Positions 1-11,745 of a stretch of 64,000 bases of DNA are shown here, in pieces (the first letter of the stretch is position 1; the number at the start of each line of letters is the position of its first letter). The notes below the pieces were generated by a model, which was not told the DNA's origin, ran no database searches, and worked only from the letters and a program-made list of their open reading frames with translations. The stretch covers positions 8,618,001 to 8,682,000 of the forward strand of contig NW_025963779.1 of NCBI RefSeq assembly GCF_023055435.1, in the 5' to 3' direction. Source of the stretch: Haliotis rufescens (taxonomy: Eukaryota). The translations under genes were made by a program, and so were the position numbers.

Positions 1-1387
1 GGTTTGTAAATAGCGAGTCTGACCACTCGCTCCCGTTAGTCGCCTATCACGACAAGTATGGGTTGGGTCCTCAAGAGACCTCTTTGATATCTTATAATTA
101 TGGAAACTTTATAAAGAGTTTTGCCGTTTAGTTAACTAGAATGCCAACCGCCTTGGTCCAACTAACATTACATGGCCCATCATAACCCAACAATACTTGC
201 ATCGCATTATTATAAACGATTTATCGAAGCATTTCAGTGTGATTGCAACAATGCACGTATGAAAGAGTCGTGGAAAATGGGCTTTTACATCCCACTGTGT
301 TGACGGGACACAGAGACTCATATTTCCTATCTTCTGTCGAATTAACTGTCTGGTTGACATTCGTGTCCTGCTGTTTTTTACCATTAACTGACCATGCTCT
401 ACATCTTGTGATTAAAGTTTGGAATTATTTTCATATTATCCGTCTAGAGTTCATATTGAAAGGAGAATGGGAAAGATCGCACGTTTAATCAGGGACCTTA
501 TTGCATAGCGTCCCTTGTTCTATTCTGTTAAAGGATTCAGACAGGGGGCCCTCAATGTTCGGAAATGCAAGAGTTAGGATTGACAGATTTCCTCCTAATT
601 CTCAACGTATTTTTTAAGTTGTTGTCCTTAAAAGGAGATTGATTATTGGGCGAAGGCTGTTTTTGTCCCCCACGACACTCATGATACGACCCCTATACAC
701 GTGAAATCCGTGATACGTGCACTTCAATATATCGAATTTCTAATGTCAAAGCAAGCGTTCCAACATACCATATTTCACAGCGGATATAAATACGTGGTTT
801 TGCAATTACAATAAGGCATGTTTAAATGTTTGACGTTAAAATTAAGTCGTGTAAAATAAGCATCCGTTTCATGGGCTGACATCCCACCATACAATCTCAT
901 CCCCTCCACAACTTCTACAGGATGTTGGCGATGAAATGTACACACGAGAGCTGATTTATTGCACTCAAAGGTTTTTGAAAACGACTTTCAGCGTAATTTC
1001 TGTTTTAAAAGCGTCGTATTTGTGACGTTTCGTATGTCGGATTTCGCAAGATATTACCGTCTACACGCTTTTGAACGAAAATACATAAATAATATTTTCA
1101 CAAAAGCTGCTACGGGATTAAGTTTGTCATTAACGAAATTTTGTAATTTGGGGAACGTATTTAAATCTTCGTTTGCAGCATTCGTGCTTTAGAGGTACAA
1201 ATAAAAGTCAGTGACACGTTATTTTTTATGATATCTCATTAACTATTGAAAAAGTTAATTGCAACTACATTAGCAAACAGTTGAAAGAAATAATGCAAAA
1301 CCTTATTTTGATGAATGACACTAAATCAGATTTCGATTGCAATAGGTTTTTAAACACAACTGTCGTTTCAGTGGACTCGCGAGATTT

Positions 1388-1395
1388 TGACGTCA
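1388..1395. promoter_or_regulatory. Full CRE palindrome TGACGTCA, present in all six units that retain the block (1388, 10068, 19062, 28678, 44897, 57287)
   Basis: The motif is read directly from the sequence; function is untested. Confidence 0.3.
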
Positions 1396-2563
1396 TGATT
1401 GTCGCAGAATTTGAATAGACTCCGGATGTACAAGCATATTTTCTTAACAATGGCTCATATGTTACATTGTTTTGCTGTTTACATAACGTGTTTGTAATCA
1501 CATGGTATTAAATATAAATAAGACAAAAAGAGATAATCAGGGATAAAAGATCCTCGTAAGGATACCAACCTTTGTTGAGATATCGAAACGAGTTTGAAGG
1601 AATAACTGATTAATAGAAACAGGTTACGAGCAATGATAAAACCAAAAGACCTTTAGAAATTGGGAAATCAAGAATCGCTTCCTGCTTTCCCGTAATCCAG
1701 CCACTGATGCCCTTTACTTAGAGGGTGATACGCAGACTAAAAACAAATCGGTGAGTGAGTGTAGTTACAACGAAGCTCGAGATTTATCAGAATCAGTGAA
1801 GCAAAAACTAGCCGAGCCTTTAGAATGGTCCTTGCAAAACAACACATCGCTTAGATTGACTGCAAGGAAATGATTCAAACTTAAGGAGGCACCGATTTTT
1901 TAAAGTCTTCATGTGAAACGTTTCTTTGAAAGATACGATTATTTATCTTGTTCGTAATCAGGGACGTCGAGGAAAGGGATGAAGTGGAATCCGGAAAATA
2001 CTCTGCTTCAACCAAATATCGAACTTGCCTCGGAGAGAGTGAAATCGGATTGGAAGCAAAAGAGAAATACTGGCTTGCTTTTTTCCCGGTCAATTACCTA
2101 AGTAGGTGAGTTGTTTTTGTCTCGTCTTCATGTCCTGAACTGAGTGTCATGAGATTTGTACAACTTGACCTCAAATTCTGTGGTAACGTCTTTTTGGAGT
2201 ATATATGATTTTTATTCAACCTTGAATTCAACCTTGTTCGTATATATGTAAGATGTGTATGGTCACCTCTTACGGCAAGCATGGATTGCTGAAGGGCAGT
2301 TCAAACACGTCATCATTTTCATCTATGTATATTTGTAGCATATTATAGTCTCTTTGTTGGAGAAAATGTAAAGTTCTGAAAAATCTGTGGTCCGGGTTTA
2401 TTATATATCTTTGTAAACTGAAACGAGCATTTGGTATAATTTTGGGTGTTTCGGGATGTGAGTTAATAAATGTTGATAAAGCTTTGGACTCTTGTTCAGT
2501 GTTATCGCGGATGTCGTCAATGAGAGAAATGCTGACAAACCAAGGATCTTAATCTTTCACTAG

Positions 2564-2704
2564 CGTGAGTATTGTTTTACGCCACCTTTGGCAATATCAC
2601 GACGGGGAACACAAGAAATGGGCTTCACACCTCATACGCAGTGAGGAATCGAACCTAGGTCTTGGGCAAGAAGAGCGAAGCCACTGGGCCAACCCATCGC
2701 CTCT
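2564..2704 (-). mobile_element. tRNA-derived SINE relic (orthologous remnants at about 11170-11238, 20189-20245, 29752-29822, 46022-46091, 58414-58483)
   Basis: The minus strand carries a box B (GGTTCGATTCC), the body GTGTGAAGCCCATTTCT..GTG and the tail GGCGTAAAAC..ACTCAC. Confidence 0.75.
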
Positions 2705-3499
2705 CTTTGACTAGAACTGGCAACCAAGTGTCGTAACTTTACACAATGACCACACGTTGACCACATGTATCGATATATCTCATGACACAATAGCCTGGGA
2801 TGGATACGTGAATCAACGCAACGTATAGTACAAACCCAGGGTCCACTTTCATAAAGTGTTCGGAACTACAACGGTCGAAACTTCCATTGTATCAAATTAA
2901 ACCGATGTAAACAGAACGTACACTAAGATGTGTGTTTGAATATGATCAAGTTTTGTTCTGCTAATTTCCCCCCTCTTAGTTATCCCCATACGAATAGTGC
3001 ACTGGACCATCTCCGTTACAGTTCAGTTACACTTCGGAAAAAAAAAGTCGCTTTATTTCCCTGGTCAACACTCAACATTTCGAAAAAATCACATTTGTCT
3101 CATCTCAATTATTCAAGAGATACTTCCTCTATTCTAGTGATTAAGATGTCTTCAAGATGTTTTATGATTGATACATGTGGTAGTATATTTTTGTAATTTT
3201 CAAATGTTCCGTATGCGAAGCGCATTTGCAACTTCTCGTAACTGTCTAATCGAATGGAAATCCAATATTTAAAAAAAGAAATTAGATATTTTTCTTTAAG
3301 TCTTAGTCTAAAAAGATACGTGCTTACGGTTTAGCTGCCTGTAAATGACACAAACTGTAACTTCATGTTTATCTAGTTCTAAAAGACGCCTCAGGGTTCC
3401 ACCGATTCCAGTCTGTATAATTAGGTCACATTCACAAGGGAGAAGACGAACGCTGGGTTAGCAAAGTTGTTAATTAGACTTCTATCTGGAAATACATAC

Positions 3500-4660
3500 G
3501 TTATTGGAGAATAATGAAGACGGCTTAAGAAAGGAACATTCAACAGTAGACAATATCTATACATGTATATTGCTCTTTGCTGACGATCTGGTTTTGGTGG
3601 ATGATACTGTTGTCAGCTTCAAAATACATGTTGCAGCGACTGATTTACGACAACCATTGTCTGAATGAACAGTTTATTCCAAAGGCAAATTATCCAAAGG
3701 CAAAGTCCCATGTCCAGAGCAACGTCATTGTCTCTTTGTCTGTCCATTGTTGTTCATTACTATATATGTGTTATCATTACACTGTTAGTCAGCTCGGTAT
3801 TCCGAGTGCTTGTGTAGGGATGATCTCGAGCAGGATGTGCCGCTCGTAGGAAACGTAGGTTGAGCTGGAGCTCCGCCGACTGCATGTATGCCTGAGCTGG
3901 CAGATCCGCTCATTGGTGTGTTTGTGTTGTCAGAGCAGGTATTCCGCTCATTGTGTATTTGTCCGTGATTCCCCCGAGAGCCAATTCCCCGTCAACATGC
4001 GCGTTGACATAAACTTCAAGACTATTCTATAATGTGGGATATGGATATCAATTTAGAAAAAAGAGAAAAGTAGTTGTAACTAAGTAAGTTTGAGAAATGT
4101 GCATAAAATGATAAACCAAAAGCAGTTGTTAATGCATATACATATCTGGGTCTTGTCATGCCTCCAAAGTTAGTATGGTCAAAGACCAGCAAAACATTGT
4201 CCTAACAAGCTAATAAAACTCTCTTTCCTATAAAATTTGTAAGGAAATATGATACATTGATTCCGATTGCTTTTCAGATGTTTGACAAGATGATTGTACC
4301 TATTCTGACACATGAGTGACATAGCTTAGCAATCCAAAGAGTTAAAAAAGCTCGATGTGAGTTAAATAATAATGATGCATTGTGTAAAGTTTGTAAAGTG
4401 CCCAAAGAGGAAAAACATATTTTGTATAGCTGGTTTTTATATAACACCATAAGTGACGTGTCACTCCCAAAAGGAAAGGCCAACATATGTGACAACGTTT
4501 GATCTATTTCTTCAATCCCTAATTCCGATTTCATTATTAAACTTGGCAAATAATCTCATATGTGTATTTTGATATGGGAAGAATTGTAAACTCATTGTAA
4601 CTCTCACTAGACAACATTTGTCATTATGTTTGTACATTGGGTCTTGGCCAGATCTACGAA
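3500..4660 (+). mobile_element. Decayed non-LTR retrotransposon (LINE) RT and 3' end, unit 1
   Basis: Fragments GLRKEHSTVDNIY, LFADDLVLV and FQMFDKMIVPILT, with frameshifts; interrupted by the LTR. Confidence 0.8.
3629..4009 (-). mobile_element. Solo LTR (381 bp), Gypsy-like by TSD length, inserted in the LINE relic of unit 1
   Basis: TGT...ACA termini. Flanks TACA (3625-3628) and TAAA (4010-4013) form a 4-bp TSD with one mismatch. AATAAA lies on the minus strand near the LTR 3' end. Empty site CTTCAAAATATACTTCAAGAC at about 31581. Confidence 0.75.
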
Positions 4661-5109
4661 TTTACTTTTTTCTCCGTCTCTCTGTCTTTCTGTCTTAAGG
4701 CATATGCTTGTTCACTCGAAGATACATCTCACATGCTGTGGGCGTTGTAAAACAATATTCATTCATTACGTTGGTATTTGAATATCACGAGTTCGAAAAC
4801 GACAATGTATCTGTGCCACGAAATTAAATACCAATTAAAAGCCATACAACATATTTTACAGATAAAAATGGGAAATATTTAATGCTGATTCCGATCTAGT
4901 GACATGCTTAATGTATATGTGTGCAATGGTGATTTAATGTCTAATTTTGAGAGTGTGGATTCGAATCCTGGATGGGACTCCATCCAAACGATGTCTAGAA
5001 TTTGTACTTTACTCAGAAAGGTCAGATACCGGATGACTTGCTTGCAGCAGTCGTCTCAATATGTATGTTGTACATCCGAGGTGAGTCGAGAACATAATTA
5101 GATTTTAAT

Positions 5110-5816
5110 CTCAGAAAAGATCCAAGTTCCATTCTGTCAAAACGTTAGATTTTTCAACTTTATACATCACTATCCCACACGACAAACTTACGAAAAACCT
5201 CATTCCTTGATCCATAGGGCATTCGTTACAAAACACAGATACAGTGACGTATCTATATTAAGATGTTCGGGACAGTTTATGAAAAATGAAAGCAAATGCC
5301 ATCTGAAGTTTACTGAGAAAACAATATGTGAAATGCTGGTCTTCATTGATAACATCTATGTAAAATTTGGGGGTAAGACATTTAGGCAAGAAGTAGGCAT
5401 CCCCATGGGCACCAACTGTGCTCCCCTTCTTGCGGATTTGTTTCTTTATGCATATGAATCGTCGTTTCTATTCGGATTGGCAAAGTCAAAACAAGGTAAT
5501 TTGACAAGAGGGATGACTTCAACTTTCCAATAGTTAACCTTCCCTTCATGTCGAGACATATTCCAGCAGCTCCAGCTTCATTATAGATAGAATCGAGCAT
5601 GCTCTTTCCACCAAGATTTCAAAGAGTGTGATACGGCTCTTGCTCAGAAGTTGTTTGATCAAGGTTACAACATTCAAGGCCTCAGTAAAGTTTTCAAAAT
5701 GTTATATGGACATTTCCAAATTTGACGCATCAGTGAAAAAAACGGTGTCCGATGCAATTTCCTGTTTTTGACTTTTACCATTTGTTCCCGTGTTTTTTCA
5801 GGGTTTTTTTTACTTC
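5110..5816 (+). mobile_element. Penelope-like element RT fragment (Naiad/Chlamys-like motifs), private to unit 1
   Basis: ORF 5207-5533 contains FIDNIYVKFGGKTFRQEVGIPMGTNCAPLLADLFLYAYE. A frameshifted DFSTLY...IPHDKL lies upstream. DKRDDFNFPIVNLPFMSRHIPAAPA and AQKLFDQGY lie downstream. The catalytic YxDD region is deleted. Absent at the orthologous sites (about 14460 and 33238). Confidence 0.88.
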
Positions 5817-7014
5817 CCTTTGGTCACTTCGGCATATTGTCCTTATTCCAAACAGTTTGGTTTTTTTAGCTGTCGACAATACATTAAGTCTCAAATGATC
5901 GTGCCTCCATTTCCTTCAAAGGTTGTTCCTAAAACGTCATGTATGACTATGGACTAGTCCTAAAAGGTGCATGAAGTCTAGAAATTCACTAACTGAAACT
6001 TCGTAATAAACATCGTATACAACAGTGTCCGATTTCACCTCCCCTCAACTCGAGTCATCCGGCATTTTGAGTCACATTCGACCACTTACATCCGAATGGT
6101 TCAGATTAACTAATTTCATTGAAAAATGATGTCATCATGTTTCACAATCAGTTTCAAACAACAAAGTATGTACACGTGATTAAAAACTTGAGCACTTCAA
6201 AATGCATTCACACAAGAAAGTGTAAGAACTAATTTCCGTTCTGAATGCAATGAACCTCTTGAAACTCGTGGATTCAGAATAATAGATGTCTGTGCAAGAC
6301 CAAAGTCTCCATCAAGTATGGAGGCATTAACGTTCACCATATAAACAAGGCAATTGCAGTGGAAATTGTCCTTATTTTCCTCATCAGATAGCCGGGAAGT
6401 CTTACCTCGGAATGTGCCGATGGAAAAGTATTTGAAAGTATTCCAGAAGCAAATTTAATTTGTTCTCAGCGTTGAAGATAGTGTGCATTTGACATGCATG
6501 TGTTCTGTTAAGCTGGATGTATTAAGGGAAAACTGTCTAAATGCAGATGAACTGATTCCAGTTTGTTAGTTCATTCTTTGGTGCTTAGGTCTTGAGGCTG
6601 AGCGATAGTCTGGAAGTATGTAAAGACCGGGTTTGACTCCCCAGGGGAACGACATTGAGTTCCTGTTCATGGTTTGGACGAAGAATTGGTAAACAAGATA
6701 TGACACACTTCTACACTGGTTCCACGACCAGACTGTCGTACAGGTGCACAGACATAACGTCATGGTGTATCTGTAATGTTGTTGATTAAAGCTTTAAATA
6801 CCATTCATTCACTCACAAATACCTTCGTGATATTGCTGTAATGTTGCTAACCAAAGCATCCATCTCATCTACTCCCCGTGATATTAATGTAAAGTTCTTA
6901 AAGGCATAAACCTCTTTCACTCACGTACTCATTCACATTTGTAGACGTGTACACCCACAATGATATATCTGTACTGTTGATGAAGGTATTGAACCTCACC
7001 CACTTACACTTTGT

Positions 7015-7165
7015 AGATCCGGGTCAGAATTGGTCTTTAGCAACCCATGCTTATTGTAAGCGGCGTCTAACGGGATCGGGCGGTCAGGCTCGCTTACCTG
7101 CTTACCTGTTTACCGAATATAGCTGGAATATTGCTGTGTGCAACGTTAAACAACAAACAAATAAA
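7015..7165 (+). mobile_element. Abundant short interspersed repeat, family 1, plus-strand relic (orthologues at about 15994-16090, 25102-25268, 25703-25855, 41912-42062, 54613-54765, 62557-62708)
   Basis: GATCCGGG..GAATTGGTCTT.AGCAACCCATGCTT..TAACGGGATCGGG.GGTCAGGCTCGCT..ATAGCTGGAATATTGCTG..GTTAAACAACAAAC; same family as the fuller copy at 12087. Confidence 0.8.
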
Positions 7166-8763
7166 CACTTTGTAGAAACGTGCACCCACCGTAATGTTGC
7201 TTTCCAAGCATGAATTGCTTTCACTCACTCACTCACAGAGTCTTGCACAAATTATATAACATTCATATACAAAAGAAACGCTCTTGTATGTTTGCCATCT
7301 CCACGTGTATAGCCTTCACCCAGCTTAGCGTCCTTCCCACACGAACAATTGAATTGTTTTACCCTCGTTTTCTCAATCATTTCAGTCAACACTAGGGTTT
7401 TCCGCAATTTTGACACTTTAATGGGCGGAACAGATCATGCAAAGGGGAAATAACTCTAATTCAATCAAACTCATTTCCAGCGCATGGGACATTTCATATC
7501 CCCCCTCTGTTCTGTAAAGAGATTGGTGAACAGGCAGTCACGATGAGGAGCTTGTAATTTAATAACAAAAAAGAGGTAAGCACTTTTCGGAAAATAAAAA
7601 ATCCAACATTGCAAAAACCGTTTACGTCTTGTCTGTCCCTTATTTTGTTCACCCAATATGTTTTCACTTCTCGTAGATAAAAAAACGTTTTCCACAATTG
7701 TCTAACGGTGTATTTTGACAATATACAGTCATCAGTTTTTTATATTTTTCTCCACATATGTTTGGATGCTGTAAATGGCTTATCTTCTAGGATATTATCC
7801 TTGCAAGAATCGCGCTAGAATTGAGGTATCAATAGTTCAAAAATGTTTGACATCTTATATCCAGGAACACCTTTTTCAAAACAAGTTTGATTTGATCATA
7901 AAATCTGGTGTCACATGAAAGATATCTTTATGGGATTTTACTTAATTGGAAAGAGGTCTCCCTGTGTGATACAGATCATCTGTGACGTGCTTCACCCACG
8001 GGTACACTTAGTCATTGCTGGGCTTCTAAAGTCTCATTCTGATTTCAATCGCTTCATGATACTTTGACTTTAACTCAAGTCAATCAAACTCCGACAATAA
8101 CACCACCAATGTCACTGTTCAGGTCATTCACTACCATGTAGCCTGGAGACGTTACGCCTTACGTTGTCCTTTCATTGCAGCCATGATGTAGGTATTCCGG
8201 GTCGGTTTGTCAATAATGGAGTCTGGAACAGACAATATGTGGATTGCAATCATGAGCATGCTCGTCATTGGAACCGACTAAATGACTGACTGATTGGACT
8301 CTCCGAAATTGCCCCAAGCTTAATATATAAACTAAAACGAACCCGGATTGACAAAAGTAACTGTCATATGAACAAAACTATATTTTAATCGGATAATCCT
8401 GTATTCCCAAAACGGAAAACTTACAGTTTGAAGTTATTGAGCCAGGTAGTTTACCATATCTCATTATCATTTTCAAGAAAGAATAATTAAAGGTCTTAGC
8501 GGAACTTTGTAAAAGCGTTATGTGGCGGATATGTGGTGGACAGAATTTTTCAGACGAACTATTGACGTGCCTTTGCATGTGTTTGTGATGTGTGCCTCTG
8601 TTTGGGCAGGATGCGTTCACCTTTTCGTGAGCTCCTTATATCATCATTATTTGATAGTGGGTCATAAACACTTAGTCGTTGAAGATTCGGAATCGTACAA
8701 TTGACTGAGATTTCATATGCTTATAGAAACTTTACAAAGAGTTTTGTTGTTTCATTAACAATA

Positions 8764-8828
8764 CACGTCGCTATATAAGTGCAATAATCTTGGAAGCGAC
8801 GTTAAACCCCATTTCACCTCACCTCACC
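8764..8828 (+). mobile_element. 5'-truncated retroposon/SINE 3' tail with 12-bp TSD
   Basis: TSD TCATTAACAATA at 8752-8763 and 8829-8840; (CACCT)n tail. Same 3' end as the SINE at 23028-23463. Empty site at about 27445. Confidence 0.85.
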
Positions 8829-11564
8829 TCATTAACAATATATATGCCAACCCTCTTTGTCCTACTCACATGACATGGTAGCTCATAACCCAACTAAACA
8901 TGCACTGCATTATCAATAACGATTTATCGAAGCATTTTATAGTTCTATTGAAACATGCGTATATAGGTGAGTCGCGGAAAATTGGCTGTGACATCCCACT
9001 GCTTTGACGGGACACAGCGACTCATATTTCCTGTCTTCTTTCGAATTAACTGTCTGGTTGTTATTCACGTCCAGCAGGTCTTTTGTTATTAACTGACAGT
9101 GCTCTCTATTTTGTCATTAAAGTTTGGGATTATATCCATATTATATTCACATTAACTGTTCATTTTGAAAAGAGAATGGGAAGGATCGCAAGTTTAATCA
9201 GAGATCTTATTGCATAGCGCCACTTGTTTCCGATTCAGATAGGGTGCCCTCAATGTTCAGTAATGCAAGAGTTAAGATTGACAGGTGTCCTCCTGTTTCC
9301 CGGTGTATTGTTAAGCTGTTGTCCTTAAAAGGAGATTGATCATTGGCCGAAGGCTGTTTTGGTCCCCAACAGCGCTCATGACACGACCCTTGAAAACCGT
9401 GATACGTGCACTTCAACATATAGAATTTCTAATGTCAAAGCAAGCGTTCCAACATTCCATATTTCACAGCGGATTAAAAGACATGGTGTCGCAATTATGA
9501 TAAGGCATGTTTAAATGTTTGACGTTTAAATTATGTCATGTAAAATAAGCATCCGTTTCATGGGCTGACATTCCATCATAAAATCTCATCCGCTCCACGA
9601 ACTCACAGGACGTGGCGATGAAATGTACACTCGAGAACTGATTTATTGCAATCAAAGGTGTTTGATAGCGTAATGTCCGTTTTAAAAGCATCGTTTTTGT
9701 CACGTTTCCTGTGCCGACATTCGCAAGATATTACCGTCTTCACGCTTTTGAACTAAGATAGATAAAACACATTTCAATAAAAGCTGCTCCCGGAACTAAG
9801 TTTGTCATAAACGATATTTTGTAATTTTGGAAACGTATTTAAATCTTCGTTTGCAGCTTTCGTGCTTTGGAGGTACAAATAAAAGTCAGTGATGCGTTAT
9901 TTTGTATGATATCTCATTAACTATTGAAAAAAGTTAACTACTACATTTAATTTAGCAAAGAGTTGAAATAAATAATGCAAAACCTGATCAAGTTAAATGA
10001 ACTAAATCAGATTTCGATTGAAATAGTTTTAAAACTCGTCTGTCGGTTCTCTTGACTCGAGTAATTTTGACGTCATGATTGTCGCAGAATTTGAATAGAC
10101 TCGAGAACACAAGCATATTGTCTTAACAATGGCTCATACGAAACATTGTTTTGCTGTTTACATAACGTGTTTGTAATCATATGGTATTTAATATAAATAA
10201 GACGAAATTGAGATAATCAGTGATAAAAGATCCTCGTAAGGAAACCAACCTTTGTAGAGATATCGAAACGAGTTTGAAGGAATAACTGATTAATAGAAAC
10301 AGGTTACGAGCAATGATAAAATTCAAAGAACTCAGAAATTGGGAAATGAAGAATCGCTTCCTGCTTTCCCGTAATCTTTCCCACAGATGCCCTTTACTTA
10401 GAGGATGATATGCAGACTAAAACGAATCGGTGAGTGAGTGTAGTTACAACGAAGCTCCAGATTTATCGGAGTCAGTGAAGCAAAAACTAGCCGATCCTTT
10501 AGAATGGTCCTTGCCAAGCAACACATCGCTTAGATTGACTGCAAGGAAATGATTCAAATTTAAGGAGGCACCGATTTTTTAAAGTCTTCATGTGAAACGT
10601 TTCTTTGAAATATACGATTATTTATCTTGTTCGTAATCAGGGAAGTCGAGGAAAGGGCTGAAGTGCAATCGGGAAAATAATCATTCTGCATCAACCAAAT
10701 ATCGAACTAGCTTCAGAGACAAAGTGGAATTACATTGGAAGCAAAAGCGAAATATTCGTTTGCTCAATTATCTAAGTCGGTTGGTTGTTTTTTGTTTCGT
10801 CTTCTTTTCCTGGATTGAGTATCATGAGATTTGTACAACTTGATCTTAAATTCAGTGGATACGTCTTTTTAGATTACTATAGTATACAATGTTCATTTGA
10901 TTTTACACGAATCATATATTATATATATCGTATATATGTAACACATTTATAGTCACCGATAGGCATGGGTTGCAGAAGGGCAGTCATTATTTTACTGTAC
11001 TGACATTAGAATATTATAGTCTGTTTGTCGGAGAAAGGTAAAGTTCTGAAAATTCTCTGGTCCGGGTTAAAAATATGTATTTGGTAAATCGAAACGAGCC
11101 TTTAGTATAAGTGTGGCTGTATCGGGGTCTTCTTTTGTTCTGTGACTGAGTTAGTTAAATTTATAATCACCCATGTGGGGAATCGAACCTAGATCTTGGG
11201 CGTCATGAGAGAAGCCAGTAGACTACGCCACCGCCCCTCTTTGACAAGAACTGGCAAACGAGTGTCGTAACGTTACACAACGAACACACGTTGGACTGTT
11301 TAGACATATCTCCAGACACATTAGCCTGGGATGGATACGTGAAGAACAAACCCAGGGTCTTCTTTCACAAAGCGTTCGGTATTTGCGTAACCGAAATTTA
11401 TGAGATAACGCGTGGTTTCACGTGGTCTTAGGTTAAGATTGGCGTTGGGAATTCATAACGTCGAAAACCAGGAAATATTAAATCAAACTTAACCGATGAT
11501 AATAGAGTGTAAAATAATGTGTATGCTTGGGATATAATGCTAGTTCTCCCCTCTTGATTATCCC

Positions 11565-11745
11565 TGAAGATCCGGGGTAGAATAGGTCGTCAGCAACCCA
11601 TGCTTGCCGTAAAAGGCGACTATGCTTGTCGAAAGAGGCGACTAACGGGATCGGATGGTCAGGCTTGCTGACTTGGCTGAAGCATGTCATCGATCCCAAT
11701 TGCGTGGATCGATGCTCATGATATCAATCACCGGATTGTCTGGTC
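11565..11745 (+). mobile_element. Family-1 short repeat, 3'-truncated copy
   Basis: TGAAGATCCGGGGTAGAATAGGTC..AGCAACCCATGCTTGCCGTAAAAGGCGACTATGCTTGTCG; nearly identical to the 12087 copy. Confidence 0.85.

Larger units (their letters stand above)
1..5998. repeat. Unit 1 (type A, partial at window start)
   Basis: Carries the shared core blocks (about 700-2100) and the LINE relic, plus a private solo LTR and a private Penelope-like insertion. Confidence 0.85.

Noticed and set aside
6095-6150. C/D box snoRNA (minus-strand ATGATGA ... CTGA)
   Set aside because: The boxes are only about 27 nt apart, with no terminal stem or recognisable guide.
6200-6395. Kinase-like DFGLA in a minus-strand frame (ILDGDFGLAQ)
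   Set aside because: Most copies read GAFGL, and no other kinase motifs are present.
6355-6395. Hammerhead ribozyme core (minus-strand CTGATGA plus GGAAA/TTTCC stem)
   Set aside because: No GAAA follows stem II, and most copies read CTGATAA.
7990-8015. Helitron 3' end (ACCCACGGGT hairpin followed by CTTAG) implying a tandem Helitron array
   Set aside because: The hairpin is too short, the end is not CTRR, the motif is absent from unit 3 and there is no Rep/helicase remnant.
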